Shown in pieces: positions 48,086 through 57,140 of a stretch of DNA of 57,254 nt. Made by a program: the position numbers and the translations under genes. Below the pieces are notes generated by a model. The model ran no database searches, was not told where the DNA came from, and was given only the letters and a program-made list of their open reading frames with translations. Positions within the stretch are counted from its first letter, which is position 1, and the number at the start of each line of letters is the position of its first letter. The DNA lies in IMG/VR virus record IMGVR_UViG_3300042344_000496, positions 1-57,254 of that record. One strand, given 5' to 3'. Source of the stretch: a virus. Its lineage: Duplodnaviria; Caudoviricetes.

Positions 48086-48523
48086 ATGATAAACAAGGAC
48101 ACCAAGAGAACGTCTAAAATACTTCTCTTAAATGGTGATAAAGTTCTTTTATTGTATTCTGATAAATTGAGAAAGTTTCATTTACCCGGTGGGCATTTGA
48201 AGCTGGGTGAAACTTATAAAGCATGTGTCTACAGGGAAGTCAAGGAGGAAACTAACCTTGATATTAAAACCTGTAGACCTGTCTTTAAGAAGTTTAATTT
48301 TGTCTTATATCTAGGATATCCTAAAGGAGGTTCATTACGTTTAAGTGAAGAGCATTCAAAATATGTATGGGCAAAGATTGAAGATGCTCATAAGTATGAA
48401 CTTTGTAATTTTACTAAGAAGGATATTAAAGGGTTACAAAGATATTGGAGCAATAAACATAAAAACAAGCCTTGCAATTATCAAGAAGAAGATATAAATT
48501 ATATCGATGAGAATTTGCATTAG
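48086..48523 (+). CDS. Nudix hydrolase
   Basis: Nudix box GGHLKLGETYKACVYREVKEETNL; LSEEH..Y.W. Confidence 0.9.
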   Translation: MINKDTKRTSKILLLNGDKVLLLYSDKLRKFHLPGGHLKLGETYKACVYREVKEETNLDIKTCRPVFKKFNFVLYLGYPKGGSLRLSEEHSKYVWAKIEDAHKYELCNFTKKDIKGLQRYWSNKHKNKPCNYQEEDINYIDENLH

Positions 48524-49226
48524 TGGAGCACCCAATACTGGTAAACAAAACTTTGTTGAAGACTTTTCCAAAGAATGGAATATGTATTCTATTCATAAAG
48601 CAGATAAGTCTAAACCGGGATTTACTAAGGATGAATTGGTGACTGAACTAAATTCTCGTATTGATACCTTACAGCAGTTTAAAAGAGATGATAATATCAT
48701 TTTCGATAACTCTCCTTTAGATTACTTAGTTTATTCATTTTGGGCAGCAGATAAGGGTATTAAGGGCTTTGATAAGGATCATTTGAATACTATCATTCCA
48801 TTAGTTAGAGAATCTATGCGATTTGTTGATATTGTATTCTTTACTCCTATTTCATTATCTTCACCAATTGAAGATGAGAAGGAAGATGTTGTTAGAGATG
48901 AATTGGATAATATCTATAAAGCTATTGTAGCTAATTATCATACAAATCTAGAAGCTGATATGTTCTTCCCTAAAGATGATTGTCCTTCTGTTATTGATGT
49001 TTTTGGCACTAGAGAGCAAAGAATTTTATTGGTTAAAAACTATTTGAGTACTAATGGTGATGTATTTGGTTCAGAAGAAGACAGTATTTTAAATCCTGAA
49101 AACTTACAGGACATGGAAAATATCTTAAAATCTCAGATTGAGATTAATGATAATGAGCAGAGAGAACTTCGAACTGAAGCAATGAAGAAGGTTGTTACTG
49201 CTTATTCTAAGAAGCTTAAGCTTTAG
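48507..49226 (+). CDS. P-loop NTPase, nucleotide-kinase-like (AAA_28/NadR type)
   Basis: MRICISGAPNTGKQ, IFDNSPLDYLVYS. Confidence 0.7.
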   Translation: MRICISGAPNTGKQNFVEDFSKEWNMYSIHKADKSKPGFTKDELVTELNSRIDTLQQFKRDDNIIFDNSPLDYLVYSFWAADKGIKGFDKDHLNTIIPLVRESMRFVDIVFFTPISLSSPIEDEKEDVVRDELDNIYKAIVANYHTNLEADMFFPKDDCPSVIDVFGTREQRILLVKNYLSTNGDVFGSEEDSILNPENLQDMENILKSQIEINDNEQRELRTEAMKKVVTAYSKKLKL

Positions 49227-50032
49227 TAATCTTTTAATACTAAAATTGTATAAGTAGCTTCTTGTTCAGCACTATACTCTGTGGTGTCTTGTACTAAAGC
49301 TTCTATATACTTAGAAAGAACATTTGTAAATAGAGTATTAATGTTCATAGTACTTAGTGATGTATTTCCGTTTAGTGATGTTATAGCGTCTGCTAGTATG
49401 GTTTGATCTACTTTTAATTTTGGTTTTCTAAATGAAGCTTCTATATCAACTTTATATTGATTAGTTGTTGGATTTATAATTTCCGCTTTAGTTACGGAAA
49501 TGCTTTTTGTATTTTCTACTGAATAATTATTTTTAGGTATTATAATTATATCTTCAATTTGAATGTCTAATGTTTCTGGAACATCTAATAATAAACTAGT
49601 AGTTCTAGCATTTTGTAAAATTGAGATGCTTTGTATTGATTTAAAGATTTTGTTATCTAAACTGGCTTCTAATTGATTAGTTTTTGTTACTAGATCACTA
49701 ATACTAGCTGTTATTGTATCTGTATCTGTTTTTGTTGGTAAACTGCCTGTTTGACTCTGTAGTGACAATAAATCGCTTTTAAGAGAAGATAGTTCGGAAT
49801 TTGTTGAACCTATGTGAGTATATAAATCTGTAGCTGATAAAGTTAAAGAATCAATATTTGATTTATTTGTAGTAACTAATGGAGTAATTAATGTATTATC
49901 AATTGGGATAATAATATCTGAGAAATTGATGATTTGAGTCCCAGTAGATGTTTCTATGATAAAATAATCCCCAGCCCTAGCTTCTGTAGCCTGTGGTAAA
50001 TCTGTAATATTGATAAAAACATCTTGAGCCAT
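49223..50032 (-). CDS. Putative virion or fibre-associated protein
   Basis: N-terminal INITDLPQAT..GDYFIIE adaptor-like motif, coiled coil; TATAAATA-N8-ATG. Confidence 0.55.
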   Translation of the reverse strand: MAQDVFINITDLPQATEARAGDYFIIETSTGTQIINFSDIIIPIDNTLITPLVTTNKSNIDSLTLSATDLYTHIGSTNSELSSLKSDLLSLQSQTGSLPTKTDTDTITASISDLVTKTNQLEASLDNKIFKSIQSISILQNARTTSLLLDVPETLDIQIEDIIIIPKNNYSVENTKSISVTKAEIINPTTNQYKVDIEASFRKPKLKVDQTILADAITSLNGNTSLSTMNINTLFTNVLSKYIEALVQDTTEYSAEQEATYTILVLKDY

Positions 50033-50070
50033 TTGTTTATTATTTATATTTAAATGTATAGTTTGTCCAC

Positions 50071-50098
50071 TTGACTTAGTTTTTATATGTGTTAATAT
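50071..50098 (+). promoter_or_regulatory. Possible sigma70-type promoter of the glycan operon
   Basis: TTGACT-N16-TAATAT-N5-ATG. Confidence 0.5.
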
Positions 50099-50103
50099 AA
50101 CGT

Positions 50104-50664
50104 ATGACTTCTAAGATAACGTTTATTATACCTTCAGTTAATAGACCATCTTTAAAAAACACTTTACGTTCATTAGTAAAACAAACCAATCCTAATTGGG
50201 AATGTATAGTAATTTATGATGGTGTTGATGGGCCAAGATTTGATGATGATAGAATAAAAATAATCAAACATGAAAAGCTTGGTTTATTTGGTCCAGCTAA
50301 TGGACAGGCTGGTTTAGTTAGAAATGTTGGTATTAAAGAAGCTAAAACTGAATGGATAGGATTTTTAGATGACGATGATTCTATAAATGAAAATTATGTT
50401 GAAACATTGTTTTCGAAGTATGTTGATAATGATTTTGTTGTTTGGAGAATGAAATATAGCAATGGGTTGGTTTTACCACCATTTGAATTAAATGAGTTAG
50501 TTTTTGCTACCGTTGGAATTTCATTTTGTTATAAAAATAAATTCGATGGACTTCTATTTGAAAGAAATAGAGATGGTGAAGATTTTGATTTTTTAACCAA
50601 ATTAAAAGATCTTAGTAAAAACTATATTATCGCTCCAGAAGTATATTATAACGTTAGACATTAA
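50104..50664 (+). CDS. GT2 family glycosyltransferase
   Basis: ITFIIPS.NR, IVIYDG, RNVGI, WIGFLDDDD, GEDFDF. Confidence 0.9.
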   Translation: MTSKITFIIPSVNRPSLKNTLRSLVKQTNPNWECIVIYDGVDGPRFDDDRIKIIKHEKLGLFGPANGQAGLVRNVGIKEAKTEWIGFLDDDDSINENYVETLFSKYVDNDFVVWRMKYSNGLVLPPFELNELVFATVGISFCYKNKFDGLLFERNRDGEDFDFLTKLKDLSKNYIIAPEVYYNVRH

Positions 50665-50666
50665 TT

Positions 50667-51299
50667 ATGAAATTCTTTGAAAATTTCGATAAAGTTTATT
50701 GTATAAATTTGGATAGAAGATATGATAGATTTCTTAAATTCAAACAATGTATTGAAAAATATGATTTAGGTGAGTTTGAGAGAATATCCGCTGTTGATGG
50801 GGGGTATTTAAATCCTAGAGAATATAATTCTTCTCTTAAAAATGGAGAATTAGGTCTTCTATTAACGAATGAGAAAATATTACTTAATGCTAAAGCTAAC
50901 AATTATTCTTCAATTCTTATATTAGAGGATGATTGTACATTTACGGATGATATTTTAAATTATAAAAATCTTTTGGGATTCTTACCAAAAGATTGGGATA
51001 TGTATTATATGGGTGGCAATCATAATACACACATGGGGTTGCCAATTCCACCATTTGTTAATGAACGAGTTATTAAAATATCTAATACATATTCTACACA
51101 TTTCGTAGCTATAAAAAATAGTATATATGATGATGTTATTTCTCTGATTAAAATGTATAAGTATCCATTAGACGTTGCATACACTGCTATACAAAAAAGT
51201 AAAAATGTATATTGTTATTATCCCGGAATGGCTAAACAAATTTCAGATTTTTCAGATATTCAAAACATGACAACAGATTATGATTGGTTGATTAAATGA
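50667..51299 (+). CDS. GT25 family glycosyltransferase (LgtB/Lex2B-like)
   Basis: YCINLDRRYDR, ISAVDG, GELG, LILEDD, WDMYYMG, SDI. Confidence 0.88.
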   Translation: MKFFENFDKVYCINLDRRYDRFLKFKQCIEKYDLGEFERISAVDGGYLNPREYNSSLKNGELGLLLTNEKILLNAKANNYSSILILEDDCTFTDDILNYKNLLGFLPKDWDMYYMGGNHNTHMGLPIPPFVNERVIKISNTYSTHFVAIKNSIYDDVISLIKMYKYPLDVAYTAIQKSKNVYCYYPGMAKQISDFSDIQNMTTDYDWLIK

Positions 51300-51308
51300 C
51301 TTATAACT

Positions 51309-52019
51309 ATGAATATAGGATTATTGATAATTTGCACTGGTAGGTATAATATTTTTTTGAATAGTTTATATGAATCTTGCGAGAAACATTTTTTACCTAA
51401 ACATAAAAAAACGTATTATGTATTCACCGAGGGAGATGTTCCGATTAATGAAAATGTAATTAAAATATATCAAGAATATATGGGATTTCCTAATGATACG
51501 CTTAAAAGATTTCATTTATTTCATAAGAATAACAATCTTCTTGGAAGAGAAGATTATTTATTTTTTTTAAATGCTAATATGTTATGCGTATCTGAAATTA
51601 ATGAGGAAATCATCCCATCACAAAATAATGATAATTTAATGGCTGTAAATCATCCCGGCTTTTACAATAAAAGTAATCTGGATTTTACGTATGAAAGGAA
51701 TATATCATCTAATTTTTATATACCTATTGGACAGGGTAAACATTATTATCAGGGATGTTTTAATGGTGGATCTTCTACCGAATTTTTAAAAATGTCTTAT
51801 CAATTATCTAAGTTGATTGATGAGGACGAGATGAAAGGAATTATACCTATTTGGTGGGATGAATCTGCATTAAATTGGTATCTTAGGGATAGAAATCCTC
51901 TATTAATAAATTCTGGATATGCTTATCCAGAAGGATGGGAATTACCAATGGATAAAAAAATTATTCAAAGAGATAAAAATAAACATGGTGGGTATAATTA
52001 CTTAAGAAAGATTATATAA
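51309..52019 (+). CDS. GT6 family alpha-1,3-Gal/GalNAc transferase (ABO-like, bacterial NxN type)
   Basis: IGLLIICTGRY, YYVFT, TLKRF, FFLNAN, HPGF, YYQGCFNGG, WWDESALN, YAYPE. Confidence 0.9.
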   Translation: MNIGLLIICTGRYNIFLNSLYESCEKHFLPKHKKTYYVFTEGDVPINENVIKIYQEYMGFPNDTLKRFHLFHKNNNLLGREDYLFFLNANMLCVSEINEEIIPSQNNDNLMAVNHPGFYNKSNLDFTYERNISSNFYIPIGQGKHYYQGCFNGGSSTEFLKMSYQLSKLIDEDEMKGIIPIWWDESALNWYLRDRNPLLINSGYAYPEGWELPMDKKIIQRDKNKHGGYNYLRKII

Positions 52020-52022
52020 TAT

Positions 52023-52640
52023 ATGGGAATTTCAAACATTTTATATCCATTATTTTTAAAAGATTTAGAAGAAATCCAAAAACCATTACGTGAATGTAAT
52101 TTAATTGAATTAGGGATACAAGAAAATATACAAACAGGAAATTTTATTAGAAATGAATTGAAAGATTCTTTTAAGCAATATTTGAGTTTAGATTTACATG
52201 AAATTGATGGTGTTACTAAATGTGATCTTTCTCAATACGATCCAGAGAAATATAATTGCGATATCATTACAAATTTTGGAACTAGTGAACATGTAGAATA
52301 TGAAGATGGACAATATAATTGTTGGTTGAATATTCATTCGTGGTTAAAAGTTGGCGGGATTTCAATACATGAAATACCAAAAATAAATAATTGGTCTGGT
52401 CATTGTAGATATTATTGCGATTTTTCATTTTTTCAAAAATTCCAAAATTTTGGATATTCTATTATAAAATTGCAAGATAATTACTATCAATCTAATGGTT
52501 CTTTGGTGTATTGTGTATTAAAAAAGATTGAAGATGTAAATTTTATGGATAAAAAATCATTTTTCGAATCTATTATCATTGATAATAATATTAATCTATC
52601 GTCAATTAATAAATTAAACAATCCTAAAAATTTGATGTAA
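52023..52640 (+). CDS. Class I SAM-dependent methyltransferase-like protein
   Basis: LIELG, SLDL, DIITNFGTSEHV, LKVGG..IHEIP. Confidence 0.75.
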   Translation: MGISNILYPLFLKDLEEIQKPLRECNLIELGIQENIQTGNFIRNELKDSFKQYLSLDLHEIDGVTKCDLSQYDPEKYNCDIITNFGTSEHVEYEDGQYNCWLNIHSWLKVGGISIHEIPKINNWSGHCRYYCDFSFFQKFQNFGYSIIKLQDNYYQSNGSLVYCVLKKIEDVNFMDKKSFFESIIIDNNINLSSINKLNNPKNLM

Positions 52641-52644
52641 TATT

Positions 52645-53247
52645 ATGGAAATAGTAATTAAAGAACACACATTGTTTTCAGAACTTTTTAATGATGAACT
52701 AGTCATAATTGATTTGGGAGCATGTAGAGGAGAATTTATAGAAAAAATTAATGAAATGTTTAATGTAAAAAAAGCAATTTTAGTGGAAGCCAATCCTACT
52801 AATTATTCTAAATTAATTCGTAGAAATAATTATATTCTTTATAATAATGCTATTTCTGATATAAATGGATCTAGTATTATATTTTATGAAGATGAGAAAT
52901 CTCCTTATAATGGATCGTATGTTTTTAATTATTTTTCGGGTAAACCACATGATATTAAAACAATAACTTTGGAGCAAATTTTTATTGATAATAATATAGA
53001 TTATGTTGACATATTGAAAGTTGATATTGAAGGTGCTGAATATGATTTATTAAATTCTATTTCTGATGAAATATATTCTAAAATAAAACAACTTACTATA
53101 GAATTTCATGATTTTATAGACTCCTCTTATAAACAAAAAACGAATGATATAATTCGTAAATTAAACTCTTTAGGTTTTAAACATAAGTCTAAACCTATCA
53201 ATTATATGAATAATTCGGAAAATTATGATGTAATTTTTTATAGATAA
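52645..53247 (+). CDS. FkbM family methyltransferase
   Basis: IDLGACRGEF, VEANP, ILKVDIEGAEY, IEFH. Confidence 0.88.
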   Translation: MEIVIKEHTLFSELFNDELVIIDLGACRGEFIEKINEMFNVKKAILVEANPTNYSKLIRRNNYILYNNAISDINGSSIIFYEDEKSPYNGSYVFNYFSGKPHDIKTITLEQIFIDNNIDYVDILKVDIEGAEYDLLNSISDEIYSKIKQLTIEFHDFIDSSYKQKTNDIIRKLNSLGFKHKSKPINYMNNSENYDVIFYR

Positions 53248-53248
53248 T

Positions 53249-54037
53249 ATGAGTAAACATATAATTTATTCTGAATTGAAGGGTGGCTTGGGGAATATGT
53301 TATTTCAAATAGCTGCTGCTGTTTCATTAGGTATTGAACAAAATAAGGAAGTAATCTTTATAGATTCTACTCATCAAGGAACTATCCATAAAAGTGTAAA
53401 TTTTTATTTTGATAATATTTTTAGAAAGCTAAAGTTTTCCAATGTAATTTATGAAAACATTTTTTATTCTGAACAAAATTTTTCATATCAAAAAATACCA
53501 AATGTTAATAATAACATTAGATTGAATGGATACTTTCAGAGTGAAAAATATTTTCTACCAGTTAAGCAACAAATATTAGATTTATTTTCTATGGATGTAG
53601 AATCTAAGAAATTTATATCTGATAAATATTTTGAATTTAACTTCGATGATTTTTGTTCCATTCATGTTAGAAGAGGTGACTATTTAAAGTATCCAAATAT
53701 CCATCCTGTTTGTGAACTTAATTATTATACACAATGTGTATCTAATATAAACTCTAAAAATTTATTTATATTTTCTGATGATATAGATTGGTGTATGTCT
53801 AACTTTGATTTTAAAGATAAAAACGTATTCTTTTCTTCAGAAAATAGAGATTATATAGATTTGTGGATTATGTCATTGTGTAGAGAGAATATTATTGCGA
53901 ATTCCACATTTTCTTGGTGGGGGGCTTGGCTTAATAAGCATGAACATAAAAAAGTGTTTTATCCAAAGAGGTGGTTTGGATCTTCTATAAATCATGATAC
54001 TAAAGATTTGTGTCCTAATGATTGGATAAGTGTATAA
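53249..54037 (+). CDS. GT11 alpha-1,2-fucosyl/colitosyltransferase
   Basis: GGLGNMLFQ, GYFQSEKYF, HVRRGDY, FSDDIDWC, IIANSTFSWWGAWL. Confidence 0.93.
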   Translation: MSKHIIYSELKGGLGNMLFQIAAAVSLGIEQNKEVIFIDSTHQGTIHKSVNFYFDNIFRKLKFSNVIYENIFYSEQNFSYQKIPNVNNNIRLNGYFQSEKYFLPVKQQILDLFSMDVESKKFISDKYFEFNFDDFCSIHVRRGDYLKYPNIHPVCELNYYTQCVSNINSKNLFIFSDDIDWCMSNFDFKDKNVFFSSENRDYIDLWIMSLCRENIIANSTFSWWGAWLNKHEHKKVFYPKRWFGSSINHDTKDLCPNDWISV

Positions 54038-54040
54038 TTT

Positions 54041-54964
54041 ATGAAAATTTTAATTACTGGAGCTTATGGTATGGTTGGATCTTCTCTTAGGAAAATATTA
54101 GGAATAGATCATATCTATCATAATAGAAAAGCAGCTGATCTTCTTAATAAAGAAGAAACCGAGAGATATATTACTAATAGTGTTTTAAACTTAGGTGTTG
54201 ATACTATAATTCATTGTGCTGCAAAAGTTGGTGGTGTGCAAGCCAATTCGTCAAATAATGAAACATTTTTTATTGAAAATTACATTATTAATAATAATGT
54301 AATAGATGCTGCTCTTAAAAATAAAGTTAAAAATTTTGTAAATCTTTCTTCTACTTGTATATTTCCAAACGAAAATATAACATATCCATTAACCGCAGAT
54401 CAAATAGATGTAGGTAAACCACACATATCCAATCATGGTTATTCTTATGCAAAAAGAATCTCTGGATATCAAACTAAGAGTATTCGATTAATGACTGGAT
54501 TAAATTGGATTACTGTTGTTCCAACAAATGTATATGGTCCAAATGATAACTTCAATCCAAACTACAGTCACATTATACCCGGTATAATAATGCGTGCTTA
54601 TAATTGTAAAAAGAATAATGAAAAATTAGTTGTTTGGGGTGATGGGAGTCCATTAAGACAATTTATACATACTGATGATTTAGCGAAAAACATTCTTTGG
54701 GCTATTGAAAATTGGAATTCTGAAATTCCATTTATGGCTATAAATGAAAAGGAGTATTCTGTTATGGATGTAGTTAAAAATGTAGCAGATGCTTTTAAAA
54801 TTAATCGAAATGATTTAATTTTCGATTCGACAAAACCTAGCGGACAATTTAGGAAACCAGCTAAAACGGATATTCCAGATAGTTATAAATTTATTGAATT
54901 AAAGGATGGATTGACAAGCACCATAGAATGGGTAAATTCAAATTATAACTTTATAAGAAAATGA
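54041..54964 (+). CDS. GDP-sugar epimerase/reductase (Fcl/WcaG family; ColC role likely)
   Basis: GAYGMVGS, AAKVGG, SSTCIFP, YSYAK, PTNVYGPNDNF, WGDGSPLRQF. Confidence 0.9.
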   Translation: MKILITGAYGMVGSSLRKILGIDHIYHNRKAADLLNKEETERYITNSVLNLGVDTIIHCAAKVGGVQANSSNNETFFIENYIINNNVIDAALKNKVKNFVNLSSTCIFPNENITYPLTADQIDVGKPHISNHGYSYAKRISGYQTKSIRLMTGLNWITVVPTNVYGPNDNFNPNYSHIIPGIIMRAYNCKKNNEKLVVWGDGSPLRQFIHTDDLAKNILWAIENWNSEIPFMAINEKEYSVMDVVKNVADAFKINRNDLIFDSTKPSGQFRKPAKTDIPDSYKFIELKDGLTSTIEWVNSNYNFIRK

Positions 54965-56121
54965 AAAAAATTGATCTGGTTCAAGACACTATAGATAATA
55001 AAGATATAGACAATCTCATAGAATGGCTTAAAACATATCCTCGTCTAACTAAAGGACCAAAAACATTAGAGTTTGAAAGTAAATGGTCTGAATGGTTGGG
55101 AACCAAATATTCAGTATTTGTAAATTCTGGATCGTCGGCAAATTTGATGATGATATATTCTTTGAAAGTTTTAAATAAACTTAAAAACAATAAGATATGT
55201 GTACCATCTTTATGTTGGGCTACAGACTTAGCTCCAGTTCTTCAATTTGATTTACAACCAATATTAATAGATTGTAATTTAGAAAATCTATCTGTTGATA
55301 TTAATCACTTAGAAAAAGTATTCATTGAAGAATCTCCATCAGTATTAATTTTAGTTTCTGTATTGGGGTTATCTCCTGATATGAATAAGATTGTAGAATT
55401 GTGTAAAAAGTATGATGTAATCCTTTTAGAAGATAATTGTGAATCTCAAGGAACTAAATTCAATAATATTAAACTTGGAAATTTTGGTCTGATGTCTTCG
55501 TTCTCTACATATTTTGGTCATACTATGTCTACGATTGAAGGAGGGATGATTTGTACAAATAATCATGAAATATATGAAACATTACTTCAACTGAGAAGTC
55601 ATGGATGGGATAGAGATTTGTCCAAAGAGACTCAACTTAATCTTAGAAGTGAATGGGGTGTTTCGAATTTTTCGGCATTATATACTTTTTATATACCCGG
55701 GTTTAATTTAAGAAGTACTGATTTACAAGCTCATATTGGTTTGAGGCAATTGGATAAGGTTGACGATATGATTGAAAAAAGATTTTTGAATTTTTTATCT
55801 TACAAATCTATATTAGAAAATAGAGTTTGGTTTCCTAAAACATTTAAAAATGAATACACCTCAAATTTTGCTATACCAGTTATTACTGATACAATAGAAC
55901 AAAAAAATAAATTAATTGAATTACTTAATAAAAATGAAGTAGCATCTAGACCATTAATATCTGGATCTATGGGGACTCAGCCATTTTATAAAAGAAAATA
56001 CGGCGAATACATTTTGCCTAATTGTTCTATTGTCGATGATAGAGGTATATATGTTCCAAATCATGATAAAATGAATAAAGAAGATGTTGAAAAAATTTGT
56101 TCTTTAATACTTAGTGTTTAA
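54961..56121 (+). CDS. colD: GDP-4-keto-6-deoxymannose 3-dehydratase, ColD-like (DegT/DnrJ fold)
   Basis: VNSGSSANL, EDNCES, FSTYFGHTMSTIEGG with His at the usual Schiff-base Lys position, RSHGW.R, GFNLR. Confidence 0.8.
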   Translation: MKKIDLVQDTIDNKDIDNLIEWLKTYPRLTKGPKTLEFESKWSEWLGTKYSVFVNSGSSANLMMIYSLKVLNKLKNNKICVPSLCWATDLAPVLQFDLQPILIDCNLENLSVDINHLEKVFIEESPSVLILVSVLGLSPDMNKIVELCKKYDVILLEDNCESQGTKFNNIKLGNFGLMSSFSTYFGHTMSTIEGGMICTNNHEIYETLLQLRSHGWDRDLSKETQLNLRSEWGVSNFSALYTFYIPGFNLRSTDLQAHIGLRQLDKVDDMIEKRFLNFLSYKSILENRVWFPKTFKNEYTSNFAIPVITDTIEQKNKLIELLNKNEVASRPLISGSMGTQPFYKRKYGEYILPNCSIVDDRGIYVPNHDKMNKEDVEKICSLILSV

Positions 56122-56124
56122 TTT

Positions 56125-57102
56125 ATGGATAAGAAAGTTGCATTAATAACTGGAATAAATGGTCAGGATGGTTCATATCTTTCCGAATTACTTTTGGAAA
56201 ATGGTTATGAAGTTCATGGCGTTTTAAAGAGAAACTCCATTTCAGAAAATCAAACTGCTAGAATCGACCATTTAATGGACAAAATTAATTTACATTATGG
56301 TGATTTGACTGATATATCATCTTTGATGTCTATTATTAAAAGATCCAATCCAGCAGAAATATATAATTTAGCGGCACAATCACATGTGAGAATTTCATTC
56401 GAACAACCCATTTATACAGCTAATGTTACTGGATTGGGAACATTAAATCTATTGGAATCTGTTAGATTAACTAATGATAAGATAAAAATTTATCAAGCTT
56501 CTTCTTCTGAGATGTTTGGAAACAGTATAGATTCTGATGGGTTTCAAAGAGAAACAACACCGCTCAATCCAGTATCACCATATGGATGTTCTAAAGTTTT
56601 TTCATACAATATATGTAGAAACTATAGGAATTCTTACAACATGTTTATTTCAAATGGAATACTTTTTAATCATGAGTCTCCAAGAAGAGGCACAAATTTT
56701 GTGACAAACAAAGTTTGTAAAGAAGCTGTAAAAATAAAATTAGGTTTATCTAAAAATCTTAAGTTAGGCAATTTAAATGCAACTAGAGATTGGGGTCATG
56801 CTAAAGATTATGTTAAAGCTATGATGGCGATTCTGCAATTGGAACATTCTGATGATTATGTGTGTTCTACAGGTATATCTCATTCTGTAAGAGATTTGTG
56901 TGAATATGTTTTCTCATCTTTAAATATGGATTATAATTTTTATGTCACCTTAGATGAAAAATTTTTAAGACCAGAAGAATTACACGATTTGAAAGGAGAT
57001 TGTAGTAAACTTAAAATAGCTACTGGATGGAAACCAGAATATTCATTCGAACAAATGTTGGATGAAATGATAGCTCATTGGATGGATTTGTATAAGAAAT
57101 AA
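56125..57102 (+). CDS. gmd: GDP-mannose 4,6-dehydratase
   Basis: ALITGINGQDGSYL, YNLAAQSHV, YQASSSEMFG, SPYGCSK, GILFNHESPRRG, RDWGHAKDYV. Confidence 0.96.
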   Translation: MDKKVALITGINGQDGSYLSELLLENGYEVHGVLKRNSISENQTARIDHLMDKINLHYGDLTDISSLMSIIKRSNPAEIYNLAAQSHVRISFEQPIYTANVTGLGTLNLLESVRLTNDKIKIYQASSSEMFGNSIDSDGFQRETTPLNPVSPYGCSKVFSYNICRNYRNSYNMFISNGILFNHESPRRGTNFVTNKVCKEAVKIKLGLSKNLKLGNLNATRDWGHAKDYVKAMMAILQLEHSDDYVCSTGISHSVRDLCEYVFSSLNMDYNFYVTLDEKFLRPEELHDLKGDCSKLKIATGWKPEYSFEQMLDEMIAHWMDLYKK

Positions 57103-57105
57103 ATC

Positions 57106-57134
57106 TTGATACCCGATTTGTTCTATACTATGAT
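57106..57134 (+). promoter_or_regulatory. Sigma70-type promoter
   Basis: TTGATA-N17-TATGAT-N6-ATG. Confidence 0.75.
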
Positions 57135-57140
57135 AGAAAT

